Assembly: GCF_964355755.1 (NCBI RefSeq)
Contig: NC_092672.1
Coordinates: 23,449,237 to 23,513,236 of the forward strand
Length of the DNA: 64,000 nt
Direction of reading: 5' to 3'
Source of the DNA: Antedon mediterranea
Lineage: Eukaryota > Animalia > Echinodermata
Of this stretch, positions 1-13,200 are shown piece after piece (position 1 is the stretch's first letter; every line of letters begins with the position of its first letter). A program made the position numbers and the translations under genes. The notes under the pieces were generated by a model. The model was not told the DNA's origin and made no database searches. It saw only the letters and a list, made by a program, of their open reading frames with translations.

Positions 1-36
1 TTAGGGGGTGCGACTTATACACCGAAATATACGGTA
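1..36. mobile_element. Terminal fragment of a pogo/Tigger-like DNA transposon
   Basis: tgcgacttatacaccgaaatatacgg|ta resembles CCGTA-type TIR ends with a TA target; the other end is outside the window. Confidence 0.35.
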
Positions 37-2299
37 ATTTAAATGGATGTGTAGAAAGCGACGACCCCGAATTGGACGACCCATAACACGAAACCGACGA
101 CCCCTATAGCCTAGCCTAGGCTTGTGTGGTATAATATCGCGAAGCCGAATTTAGCCAAAGATATTTAAACCATACCTTATATAATACTCGCAAGCAAGCA
201 ATTGATTGAAAAAATACAGAAATATCGCCATTTGATACCGAATGTGTCGACACAAACAAACGAACAGATATGGAACGCCAAGAGTACATCAATAAAACTG
301 CATTTGACTCGATTAGCACACGAAATATCATAAACATGGCAAACCAGGTCAAAACGGCCCCTTTTTCAGCGGCAGGTAAGGTTTGACCGTATACAATGCA
401 TGTGTGAAATGTAAGCTTTCTTATGGCCCTCCCCATGCACATGTTCGCAACACGCTGCTCGGTAGACCTATAGTGTTCCTTATAAGAAGACGAGATATAA
501 TTATACGTCCATGGTTTAACCATGTAATTTATAATATTTATTTCTTTTTAATTTATTTTCAATTTGTCAGACAAACACACACGATCGATTACATATACCT
601 CCTTGGCGGAGGTAAATTATGACAAAGTGCCTGTGTAACTTGGTAACAACAGTTTCTACTAGGCCTACAGTACAATTCCTTAATCTAATAAAACAGTGCA
701 TGAATCTTATAATGAATTGATGCACATTCATTACACAGGAGGTGGAGGATGGGTAGGGTTAAATGAAATAAGCACAATGGTGGTACTTACCTGACTGAAT
801 GTTGAATACTGATTGTTGAATGTGTCTCTCCTGGCGGAGGGAAACAACAATTTACAAAAGAATGCCATAACATGTGGAGTAGCGTTTGATTGCTGTTCAC
901 CAAGTTGTGCGTGTATTATTATAAAATGTATTTTATCAAAATATTAAAACCACTTTAAAAATGAAATAAAAAATGTTTACATAGAACTACATGTAATACA
1001 CAAAAACACAAAACAGTGATATTTATTAGGGCGTCATCCTTTCACCCACTAACAAGTTTTACAATAACAAACCTTTTTTCTCATACTCTCTCTTTGATTT
1101 TGATTGATGGCCGGATGGGCACCGACTGATAATTTTAAAAACGAAAATTTGTTTTAAGATTAAAATTTACATTTCCATCTGATAATTAAGACACTGTCTA
1201 AAGGTTAAAACATTGAAGTATATATAAGTAAACAAAGATTTTGGTTAAGTTTAATTTAGTAGTCAAACCATTATTTATCCAACGAGAGTTGGGGGACAAA
1301 CAAACGTAACCCGAATCCTAGATTTCCAACTTTCAAAACATAACAAATATTCTTGTGGTTAAACTGTTGTTATGTTTGGTAATGTATTACATTATTGAAT
1401 GCTATATTAGTGGTTAATTGTTGTTATAAATGTGTCATTTTAACAGAACAAATACTAAGAGATACATTATAGCATTTATGTTATAAGACTTCAGTTAATA
1501 GTCCTATTTTGATATTTATGTCTTTTTTGCTTTCATTAATTCTAAAAGCAAGTAATATAATTTAAAATACAAATTGCAGAGTTGTAAAATAAATGTTTCA
1601 AACATGCAGTTGCAAATAAAAAAAAGGCAAATTACTAAAAATAATGACAATGCTGTGGGTGGCTGGATCTCAATGGAAATAAAGTAAGCAAAAAGCTAAA
1701 TCAAAACGATAAAGTAAAAGTTAAAACAGCCAGACATTTTAATATAGATATCTTCTCTATTGTTTGTGTGTAAATGGACATTTATTTATGTTTTGTTAAT
1801 ATTTTTTAATTATATGTCAGTCACATATTTTCCATCCTCGTTTTTGGTGTAGGACATTAAAACTGCATTCATTGTCATGTTTTCTGAGCTTTCAAAGCCT
1901 GTTCTTTAATATCAGTTCAAACTGGAGAACAACAACCTGGTTGAATATTCTAGCACTCTAATATTGTTCAATGTTTTTAATGTCTTGATTTGTGGTGAAA
2001 GGAATGTTTGATAGTTGGTCTTAACAGTGGCAGATCCAGAGGGAGAAAGTAAAGTACTTTCAATTCATTAATTAAAACACATTGTTTCAGTGCCGTGCTA
2101 ATTTAGTCTTTATTAGAGGTTGCCATTGCTGTTGCTGTCGTCACACAAAATTATTGTTATGGGTGTTTTGCTAAGTGGTATGACACATGTTCTTTTGCTG
2201 TCTAGCTAGATAATTCTGAAGAATATTATTAGCCTAGACAAAGAGCGCACAGGAGAAATATTTGAATACTCATTTAACCAAGCGATTCCTATACTGTAA

Positions 2300-2580
2300 T
2301 TTGAAAACAGTCCTGATAGTCTCTCCAAAACATTGGAGAATGTGTGTGTTTGAAAACTACTGAAAAGATGTTCAATTGCATTTTTTGATGACTATAAACC
2401 CTGCAACCAGTGCATCAGCAGAGCGAGAAAATTTAGCTCTAGAGACTGTAAAAAATTTTCTTTGAGGTACCATAATAGAAGATCGACTAAATGCATTGTT
2501 ATTGATGTTTGTTCATCAGGACATTAAACTTAATTACGATGTCATTTAAGTATGTGAATATGTATCCCCGCTGGATGAAG
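2300..2580 (+). pseudogene. hAT transposase C-terminal dimerisation domain relic
   Basis: From 2388: MTINPATSASAERENLALETVKNFL*GTIIEDRLNALLLMFVHQDI, then frameshifted YPRWM; contains stops. Confidence 0.75.
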
Positions 2581-2859
2581 TATGTAGGCCTATTTTTATT
2601 TATTAAATTTACAGCATTATTATTACATGTTATTGTTAAGATAATAAAATTAATAAGCAGTATAGAGATTCAGCCACTGATTACCACAGCATTGTCATTT
2701 TTAGTAATTTTCCTTTTGACCTTTTTTTAAATAAGATATAGGCCTATAGCCCTAAAATCCTAAAACACGCTCTTTCACTATGTATATTATTTAACATAAC
2801 TAGGGCAATATGATAAATTTGAAGTCGTGTCATTTTTTTAAAGTAGTTAATAGGCAGCT

Positions 2860-3400
2860 TTCGAAACACACGACGCAGCGATTATCGAGATAAAAAAGAC
2901 TGAAATCCTACTGCGCATGCGAGAGCAAAGCCAGTTTGTTCGGCCTTCTCATCATGAGACGGGATTCGGCTGATTTGGCATATGCGTAGAAGACATGACT
3001 TGTACTACTGATTGTATTTTATTTAGAAAGATATTTAAGAACTGTTGTGTGATGACAATGTGTTAAATTAGGCCTATAGACCCTAGTAGGGAAATGCGAT
3101 CATCATCATGAATCATGGTGATAAGGATGGCGATGGCAGGTGCTTTAGTATTAGCGATCATGTGACAATGACCTGATCGCGTTCTTATAAAATTGAAACA
3201 GTTTATAATTCGTGATGCGAAAAGCATTCAACGGTATCCATGGTTGACTGACTTCCGCGTCTCGCGTCGCCACTTTGAAAGCTCACTGTTATTGCCATAC
3301 CGGAAGTACCTTTATCAGGGAATTCCCCCTGATGGTCACATTGAACGTGTGTTTACCAGCGGAATAAGAAGACTACGATCTTTTTACCAATTTTTAACAC
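2860..3400. promoter_or_regulatory. CpG-enriched promoter-like segment
   Basis: NRF1-like TGCGCATGCG 2912-2921, ETS CCGGAAGT 3300-3307, NF-kB-like GGGAATTCCC 3318-3327. Confidence 0.3.
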
Positions 3401-5488
3401 ACTATGGGAGTGTCATTTCAGACCAACTATAGGTGCCATTTATCATAAATTTTACGTGCGGGAATACCATTTCTAACCGTCTAGGGGTGTCATTTAACAA
3501 AATTTGCTTCACCACAGGTCCCACCTGTGCCTCATGTACTTGGTGACTGGTTGCGTCCCCTCTCCCCTTTACTAGAAGGCTGGATCCGCCCTTGTTTATG
3601 ATGAGCAACAATGCCTGTTTTCTGTGTGGTGTAATTAAAAAGAAGTAAATATGATTGCAACTTCATTCTCCTTGTACCTCCTTTTACACCCATTGAAAAT
3701 AAATTACATAAATGAATAATTAAATATGAAAATGAATAATTATAAACATAATGTAAGTCCATCATGTACTTCATATTTCATATCATAAAACGCTTCCACA
3801 GGCACTAATAATATAATTAGAAGCCAGGCATATACAGTAGGCACATTGGTGGGCTAGTTTGTCCTGTCACATCTGGACCGAATCGTCCTGAATTCAACTA
3901 GTTATAGTAGCCTAGGCAGTAAGTAACGTAATGCTAAACATAACCTAGTGTTAATTACATGCATTAGGTGTTTCAAGCTTATCTTTGGCAAGATCGGCGT
4001 ACATGAGTTAGAAACATGAACAAACCATACTTACCACCGATTCGAAGTTTGAAATGTGCGCTGAGCACATGCTATCTCTCAATATTTGCTAGCGATGACT
4101 TCTTAAGTGATTTGATTGTGACGCAAGATTTATCGAATGCAGCATTTGACAATTTGCAAATAAATTGGTCTAAAAACACATTTTTCGTAAAAATGTGCCG
4201 TTCTAACATCGATTAATAAATAAAAGGAACTAAAAGGTGTCCCAGCTCTAACGGCGCTAGCGGTTTTATTATATTAGGAGAAGATAGAGTAAATAGGCTT
4301 AATTGGTTATTGATTAGGCCAAATAAAACCTCCTTTTTAAAAAACTTTTTTTTGTAAAGTTGCCCAAGAAACACCACTGAGAAGATCATTTTTTACTTTT
4401 ATAACTTAATTGCTAAATTGTGTGTGCGGCCAAATATTATTTGAAAGGTATTAAATTTCTAGACTGGTATTTTGTTTGGATATCATAGATGAAACTACCC
4501 CTACAGCATCGCAAAGAAGAATAATAATAGTTCTGAAGACTTTTTTTGTAATTATGATTTTATATCATTAAGTATGTCACGGCAACATTGCCAGTGGGTT
4601 TGGTGTGTTGTGGAGGGTGGACTCAAGACAAGAATAATATACATATAAAACACTATAATATTATATGTCCAGATTATCTACAGGTGAATTATCTTCATGA
4701 GTCCATTTCCAATTTTACGTCGAAATACAGTACTCTTTGTTCATGTCACTCCCATATTTCCACTCCATCTTATCCATAATTTCTTCGGTGATTTCTCTGA
4801 TGTTTTCTAAGCTTAATCTAATTAATTTGGCACTTCTCTATTCTCAAGTGGCACTGTAACACAGACAAATATTACCGTAGTATACAGTTCATTTACGGTA
4901 CTCTATAACATTCATTAGACCAACAATCTATTTTATAAATATAACTATTCTACTTACAATGCAGCCTCGTACGCAAATCCCAATTTCATTGTCAAATGAT
5001 GACAATGCTCACTCGCTCCCCGTTGTCTACAAAAAGACTGTATGCGCTACTCCGCAGTCTACACAAAACATCGTTATTCAAATAATTTGCTCATTACAAT
5101 ACCATAATTATAGTGATCACCTGTTGGATTATTATTATTTTGTGACAAAGTAGTCAAATTTTGAAAAGCATATTTCACAGTTTAAACTTTTTAATCAAAA
5201 ATACTATGTAGAAATGTTGTCATCAGTGACTTAACTATCAATACTGTGCAACTCCTTTTCATAACTTTCTCAGTTGGGTTCACTTCCAGGATTCAACATT
5301 TTTTTAAATTACTACTTTTCTGAAATATGGTGAGGGACCTAAATGATGTATCTCTACAAAACATTAAAGACCCCCACCCTGCATTGAGTAACTCTTTTAG
5401 AACAATTCTGTCTTTAACATTTTATAGTATGCAAATACAGGTTCCTGGCAAACCAGCATAAAAGTGGACGTAGTTGTGCAAACATTAA

Positions 5489-5959
5489 GGAGGTTTCGCA
5501 ACACGGTTATGTCACACAAAATTATTCGTTTTCATAAGCCAGTACAAATCTGTTTCGCATGGCAACAAAATATTGAGGGCGCCATCCAAAATCTGACTGC
5601 TGTAAATTTGAATGAAATGCAGGTACATGTTTCAATGGTTGCCTATAGGCCTAGTGTAGCGAGAGTAGACTTTAAAAACTGCTATTTATCAAAATTGACT
5701 TGGCATTTTTACTAAATTACTTTCAATAAATTATCTATAATTATATTATAATCATGAATCATTTTTTATTCAATGCAAAGCGTGCAAAATAGATAAAAAA
5801 CTATGACTGATGATTTTAAGCTATACTCGTTTTTTAGTTACGAATATGACTGGTGATATTCGTCAACACAAATACGCTTTACGAATATCAGCTCAAAAGT
5901 TTAACAAATGTATGACCTATCCGTTTTCGTTATCGTATTCGTAAGGTTGCGAAACCTCC
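5489..5959. mobile_element. Non-autonomous TIR element (Harbinger-like)
   Basis: 14-bp perfect TIR GGAGGTTTCGCAAC / GTTGCGAAACCTCC; TSD unclear. Confidence 0.55.
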
Positions 5960-8770
5960 ATATTATTGGTGCCATCATATATCAACATCTTTATAGGCTA
6001 TGTAGAATCTGTAGCAAGCATCGATATGGCTTTTAATCCAATACTATAAAATAAAAATAGAGAATATTTAATATTCTTAATGAATCACAGGATCAAGTGT
6101 AAAATTGTATTCAGAGATTTATGGAAAATTATGGTTTCAATTAATGTTTACCCAATTTGTAATAATAACGCTATTAAACAAAATAGGGTGAAGTTTGAAC
6201 AACTTAGTGTATAAGTCCTTTTTATACTGTATTCTAATTGATACTATTGTACCACGTCACAATGTTAGCAAACTCCCTGCTTTGTAGCCATACTACAGTT
6301 TTTTCATGAACATTTTCTGATTTTTGTAATACCAATATAAACATGGTCAATTTATTTAATCTAATAGAGATCAATGAAAAAATTAAATAGAGATGTAAAA
6401 CAACAGATGATCACATTTGTTGATTTTAAATTGTCTGCTTTACGGCATATTTAACTGTCTACTGACTGCATATTTAAACATTGATGATTGTTAGAATTCA
6501 AATTATTCTGCACTCAGATCTTTAAATCACTGGTGCTTAACTTGTACATATACTTTACAGTGGAAACAGGATGCTAATTTGTCAACTTATATTATCTCTA
6601 AAATACTTTGATAACAAGTAGTATATCAACACTGAAATATTATGAAGAGGGAAGCTTGAATCATTCCAAGATAGGGATAGGCTGCTGTGTAGTGTTCATA
6701 TGACATGTTCAGTTTTGAAATTCACTAGTAAATAATAAAACCTTACTTTCTGTCTATAATAGCATTACTCGTAATCATCATTAGCAAGTAAGGAGAAAAG
6801 AGGGACTTACACCTTCATTTTAAAATTAGTTTGTCATATATCTATATATATACAGCCATGAAAAATAGGAATACCAATACCCAAAAATACAACAAGATGG
6901 GATTTGTAATTTAATGAATATTTGTTTTTGGTTATGCGTTTTGTTTAATACAATTCAATACCCACATTCTGGATTTCTGTAGTACATTTATCTTTTCAGT
7001 TCATATTTTATGCATACAAAATTGAGAACCACCAATTCATCACCATTTCCACTTACATTAAAGCAATAATTAGTATTATAGTATTTTGTTATGATGAACT
7101 ATTATAATTTTATTTAAAGCAATTTCAGATAAAAGCTATGCATAGAAATCTTTTGAATTGCAATAAATAAACACATGACCTTTTTCTACGACAATTAAAA
7201 AAAGCATTATAGTGAACAAAAACTATGATTGTATTGTTTTTCTTGAAAAATCAGTAGATCAGAAATATTTAAAAAACAATAATTAAAATAAAGTTGCAAC
7301 AATTTGAATATCATTTATTAGTATAGGAATGTACAAAAGCCCTAAACTCATACTTACAGTGAGAGCTCACACATTTCATTTTACATACACATGCACTTGA
7401 AAATGAAAGTTACACAATGATGGCACATTATCATCAAAACAAATGTAAATGTACTTTACATTAATTGTTTCTCCACTTAACTGTTTTCACATATTATCAT
7501 TTATCATTTATATGGGACTGTTTTGTACTACAATTCTTTATGCTGTTATCAAAATGACTTTATACTATACTGCAATATTTACATTGATATTCTGTTCTGG
7601 TAAAGTAGACCCTTCATAGAGGCTTACACTATGTATATCAAGGTCTACTCGACCTAATTTGGCCAACATTTTCGGCAGTTAGAAATGTATTGGCCACGAA
7701 ATATTTAATTACATTACTCAAAATTTGCGACACCTTAATTCTGTAGTATTTGTCCATAGTATTTCAAGAACGAATTCTGCTCATTATAATTTTTTTAATT
7801 CATTTCCACGTCTGTTCATAACTTGCCTCCAAATGTTAAAGATAGTCTAGTTTTTTCCCTTTCTTCATATCATATATTCACTTAAGAAAAACTTGCCTCA
7901 AATACCTGTCTGAACTCAATGAAATGTGAAATGTTATTTTAAACTGTTTTTCTGTATTTAAGTTTATTTAATTTTTACACTTTAGGGGGTCAGAGAGTCA
8001 CTTGATAGTGTTTTGTTTCACTTTTTGACGATCCCGTCTACCCCCTGAAGTGCTCTGTACCTTGTGATTTTTATTATTTATAAAAGACGAAATAAATTAA
8101 ATGCATAGATTATAAATAATTACAATATTGTTTATCATGTGGATGGACGATTGTGTTTATAACCCTTTGATTAACCCCACACCTCATAGGATACATACAG
8201 TACAAAACAATTACGGCCTAGACTCTGCTTTTACAGATCATTTATTCAGACTATTCAGGCCACTGGTTCCTTCATGCACAATACAATTGTGTCATCATCT
8301 CCAATGAATCCTTTGCTTACAAGTAATCAAAGTGGTGGTGAAGCAGGTTGATTTGACAGGTTTCCATGTTATTTCATTGCCCCTTGTTTAGTCTCAGTTA
8401 TATTTATTATAGTACGTTAACACAACTTCTGTAACACAAGGCAAACTAGTGCTGGTCTATTGATACTAACATTAAGAAATCTTCTGACAGACTTATAGCT
8501 GGTTTATATCCATTGTTAATCTAATTTGTTTTAATTCTGAATTGTTTGACTTGGCATAACCATCTGGTATGCAAATAACCATCTGGTATGCAAACACAAC
8601 AATCAAAGGCAGTGTCCTCATTATCACATTACCTGTACAAATTGTTGTACTTTATTATTAGGAATTTAAAAGAGAAATAAATGTTACCTTTGAGTTTGAT
8701 TTTTAAATTACAGTATAACAAAGTTTTCTGAGAATAAGAACATGATATTTGGTATGATAATTATCTATAG

Positions 8771-8852
8771 ATAATAATAATACCACATTTATATAGCGCC
8801 CTTTTCATGAGTAATCATGCTCAAAGGCGCTTTACAAGCATTATTACCCCAG
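8771..8852 (-). mobile_element. L2-type LINE/SINE 3' end
   Basis: Reverse complement TGTAAAGCGCCTTTGAG...AAAGGGCGCTATATAAAT followed by a (TAT)n tail. Confidence 0.6.
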
Positions 8853-8892
8853 TATTTTTTGGGATCAAACAGATATATATATAGATATATAT

Positions 8893-10153
8893 CTCGAATA
8901 CATAATAATTTCAGCGTTAAAAAACTGGCGATTTCAAATGTACGTACAATAATACATGTCGTTTACACTTACAGGAACGAATAAATAGACACTGATTTAT
9001 GTACTCAACTAAAATTAGCACCCTGAGAATTACAATTTTTAAATATATTAAATATATTCTTTATCCATTTAGTAACGAAATATTAATTGTTTACATGTTT
9101 TACAAATAATATATCACTAAACACAGTAAAACATTGCTATGTAATACTTTGTTGAAACTATCACCGTCCTAGTAGATTGAAATAGTACAGTACATGTAAC
9201 GATACATCACTGCGACGTGTATGTTTATATAATATGTAAAACAATTTGTGAAAACCACCTCTATTCGGGGAAAATCATAAAATCGATTTAATCGTCAAAT
9301 AAAAATTAAATTATCTAACTCAACTTTATTAGTAGGCCTAATGGTTTTCAATTGTTTCTTAGAGCCAATTCATACTTTGGTTCCTACCCTACCCACCAAA
9401 GTTGTTCTGCGTTTAGGGGATGTGATGCACCGTAGGCCTATCCTCTACTGGCTTTACAACGGTACTCATGCCAGTGAAGGAAGGGTGATGATGTGGGTGG
9501 TTTAAATGCAATAATAAAGATTTGTACATAATATACGGCGACTGAAAACGCTAGCTCATTATCCGTTAAAAAAAATTATATCCAACCTCTGCAGCACAGA
9601 TTGAAAAAAAAATGGATCGAATTTCTGTTATGAGTATCAGTACTTGCCTTTACGACGCCTGAGGAAATAGACACTTGTGGAACAGAGATTGGAATGTTCC
9701 ATTCATCGCAAATCAATACATTTGTATAAACATATATTAAATCTATCAAAATAGTATTTTTTAAAGAAAAGCGGCCTGTCTTCAACATTATGATGCTGTA
9801 CTCGAGCTGTTCAACCGGTTTTCAGCCATTAAAAACAATTATCGTAAGAGGAGATAGGAAAATGCGAAGCATCCTCGTATTATGGTCTGCGGGTATTTTT
9901 CAAGACGGACATCCATTAGTCAGTGTATACCACGACCGAAAAACACTCCTATTTGGGGCAAATCGTTGAACCTAAATTCGTTTTAATCGTCAATAACTAA
10001 TTATCTAACTAAATTTAATTAGTAAACAGGGTTACATCAGGTGGTTAAAATCAGTACCGAAAGTACGAACTAACTTTATATACCATCGAGTAAACATTCT
10101 AGAAATAACGCGCGATTTACCAAATTTTGCCCTTACGTAAATTTATATATAGA
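8893..10153 (-). mobile_element. Non-autonomous Helitron copy A (3'-truncated)
   Basis: 5' A|TCTATATATAAATTTACGTAAGGG on the minus strand; highly similar to copies B, C and D. Confidence 0.8.
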
Positions 10154-10195
10154 TTATGTGAAATATAATAATCTCTATGTGCTTAATAATTTCAG

Positions 10196-10294
10196 AATAA
10201 AAGATCACCCTTGTATTATGCTGCCCAACTTGGTCACAGCAGCACATGTATGTGCCTGATTGAGGCAGGAGCAGATGTGAATGTTGCAGACAAG
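10196..10294 (+). CDS. ROCO exon: ankyrin repeat
   Basis: ttcag|...|gtaagt, 99 bp, phase 0: NKRSPLYYAAQLGHSSTCMCLIEAGADVNVADK, a canonical 33-aa ankyrin. Linkage to the downstream exons is inferred from phase. Confidence 0.8.
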
Positions 10295-13200
10295 GTAAGT
10301 CATGCACACTTGTATTTAAGTGTCTCAAGTAATTGTATAATTTTAACAAAATATTTAACTTTTTTTTCCAATTTAAAAATGTTAGATTAATTTTTCATAA
10401 AATCTTCAAATTGGAGTAGTAAATATCTTTAATGTAATAATTTTGTCTGATTTAATGTTGTAATTATAGATACAAAATCTTCACTCATCTTAAACCTTAT
10501 TTATTATTTTAATGATTTACATTAATACATATACAACAAATACAATACATTAGTTTATATTTTGTAATGACAGTTTTGCCAAATATAAATGTGGCACATT
10601 TCAACAAATTATTCAAACATTAATTTATCGACAAAATATCAATGATTAAAAATAAACTTAAAACTCTAATCGTGCCTTAAGTTGATCATTGACACTATTT
10701 TAACTAAAATAAATACCGGTAACTTAAATTTAAAGTTTAGTTAGCAAATTTCAAAAGGATGAACTAAAACACCTAATAAAAACCATAAAAGAGGCTATAT
10801 GAGGATGCTTGTTTTTCTTGTCTTATCATTATTGAATGGATGTTATTGAATTGAATTCACAGCCTACACATACAATAATATACAATAATGACAAAATTTG
10901 ATGTTTTAATTAAGTTTAACTAAAATGAAAAACTACAATGTGTATTCCATGCGTACTGTACACCCATTTTTTATTGTTGCAAAGTTTCTATTGGATTGAA
11001 TGTTAAATTGACCAAATATAAGTCCCGATAATGAACAGAACAGAGTATGCTCAGTATACTGTGCATAAGCATGCGCAGATTAATATGTTGTGTAGATTAC
11101 CGTCCCCCTTCGTCTACCATCCTGTCATAATGTCACTAGTAGGTTTTATTGTAAATTAACAGCACACTACGTGCAACAGCTAATACAGTAGTACTAATCA
11201 TTGTCAGTATTTTCATTTTTGTTGTAAATGTATAGTCAACAGAGACCTCTTAGAATCAGGCTTCTGAGTCATGTCAGTCATACATTCTACTCATTCACCC
11301 TTTACCAAAAATTTGGGATTTTTAAAATGTCTTTCTTTCCATCATATATATTCATTTAGGACTGACAATTTCATTCTTATGGTTTCATTCTACTGTAGAA
11401 CAATAATACTCTCTTTGTCATTACATTCAACCTCTTACATTAACATTCAAATTAATTCAGAATAAACACATTTGGATGATGAAGCCTAAAAAAAAAAAAA
11501 CCAGAATAACTAAAAGACAAATAAATTTTGATTTTTATATACATTACTTATACTACCTTTATAGGTATAAAATATACAGTGCTAGTTAAAGGGGATTCTG
11601 GGTTTAAAATTGCTTTTAAATATCGTTTATTAATTAAATAACAAATATTATAACAATAGACATGTCAGAATGAAGAAATAATAACGAGAAATTAAAAAAA
11701 AATTAATTTCATATACATTTTAGTTTAAAAAATTCATGCAAATTCTGTTTTTCAGCAGCTTAGGGAAGCTCATTAATATTCATGAGATATTCACAAAATC
11801 ACGTCATCAGTTTGTTCACTAATTTACATCTCTCTTCCTTGTCAAACGACGACCATCCGATCATTGTGAAATACATTTTTTTTGTAGATTTTCTAAGCTA
11901 GGCCTAAGTGTAATAACAGTAGCATATATTTATTTGACATTTAATGAAATACAAAATTTAGTACAGATCATGGAGTCATAAATTATAATAATTTTATACC
12001 TCTATAGCAGGGAATAATTTCGCCAGTGTAGCATAGCAAAAAGCTATACAAAACAACCTTAGCAAAAAATACAATACAAAACTATGTTCTTGACTAAAAA
12101 ATCAGTTTGATTAGCAATTTTGCTAAACAAAATTTTCAAATGAAATTTTTCCCTGCTATAGTACAGATCGTATTCGGCTTCACGTACTAGCCTAAATCAT
12201 TTTTTTTATGGGTGAGAGTCATTCTGACTAGGGATTCCATGCCACAATGGATGGCTACGTTAAAACATGGGGCCTATGGGCCTAGCTAGCCTTCTAAACG
12301 ATTGGCCCATAAATAACAAAACTCAGTGGATTCCAAACCCATCCTATCAACCAAACTCAATAATAAACAATATAACCTAAAACGTTTTACAAAGTCGGCT
12401 GTAAATATTGAGGCAAAACAAGGTCCGATTGCCGTCCGCACGTATGGTGTCTCGATCGTCTAGTAGGCCTAAAATTGTTTACTCTCCTAAAAAGCGGATA
12501 CTGCATCAAGCAAGTAGACCTAGTAGGAAGGAGACCTAGCCGATCCGGCCCAGTTAAAAATTGAGCTAGCTAGTGTAGTAGACCCTATGCGAATTGATAC
12601 TACCAGTCCTTTTACTAGGCTACACTTGTTAAAATTAGCAATACTTATGTTTACAAATATTCCAACTCTCTAATTCGAGCTATATTATCTATACCATTCC
12701 GGTAGGTCGAATCGACCTTCAATCAAATACTGTACATCGTTCATGTTGTGATTATAGACGGGGTATACTCGACCCGACCAGTTTGGTATTGTATGCTGTA
12801 TCTGCCCGTGACGATGCCAGGAATGGGCAGAGAGCACGTTTATCGTCTCGCTCAGAAGAAATGTACAGACGTTACGCTTCATTGATTTTTAAGGGTTTTT
12901 CCCTATTGTCAGTGCGAAAATTGGCAAACGCAAACTGAATCTCCAAATGATTTTACACAATTGTGATGAATTTTCATAGAAAATAGACATTAAATGGGAA
13001 GACCGACTAAAATTACATCAGATAAGCATAATTTTACAAAAGTAATTGATATGGTTAATGATAACGAGTCGTCGGAAGATCGACCATTTCACAAATTTTC
13101 CTATTCTGTAACAGTGTCATATCGCCGTAGCTTCACTTCACAGCCTTCATTCTGCTTCACCGCTCACTTTATAATAAGTGAAACTTTTACCGTTCAAGAG

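Noticed and set aside
116-523. 135-aa minus-strand ORF and a plus-strand open stretch ending at CAG|GTAAG (about 375)
   Set aside because: No recognisable domain, and it cannot be joined to either gene
3193-3774. Overlapping short ORFs in a GC-richer patch
   Set aside because: No recognisable motif in any frame; stops interrupt all extensions
4035-4210. Minus-strand ATG-initiated stretch ending at a GTAAGT donor
   Set aside because: In-frame TAG and no downstream partner exon identified
8238-8346. Possible upstream ROCO exon (SFIQTIQATGSFMHNTIVSSSPMNPLLTSNQSGGEA)
   Set aside because: Weak donor, and its phase does not match the phase-0 ankyrin exon; unsupported without cDNA
9576-9788. Repeated ORFs [11 protein letters not shown].. 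(also 30081) and MVKISTEST.. (30551, 50255) as a gene family
   Set aside because: Chance frames within Helitron copies; indels between copies break the frame
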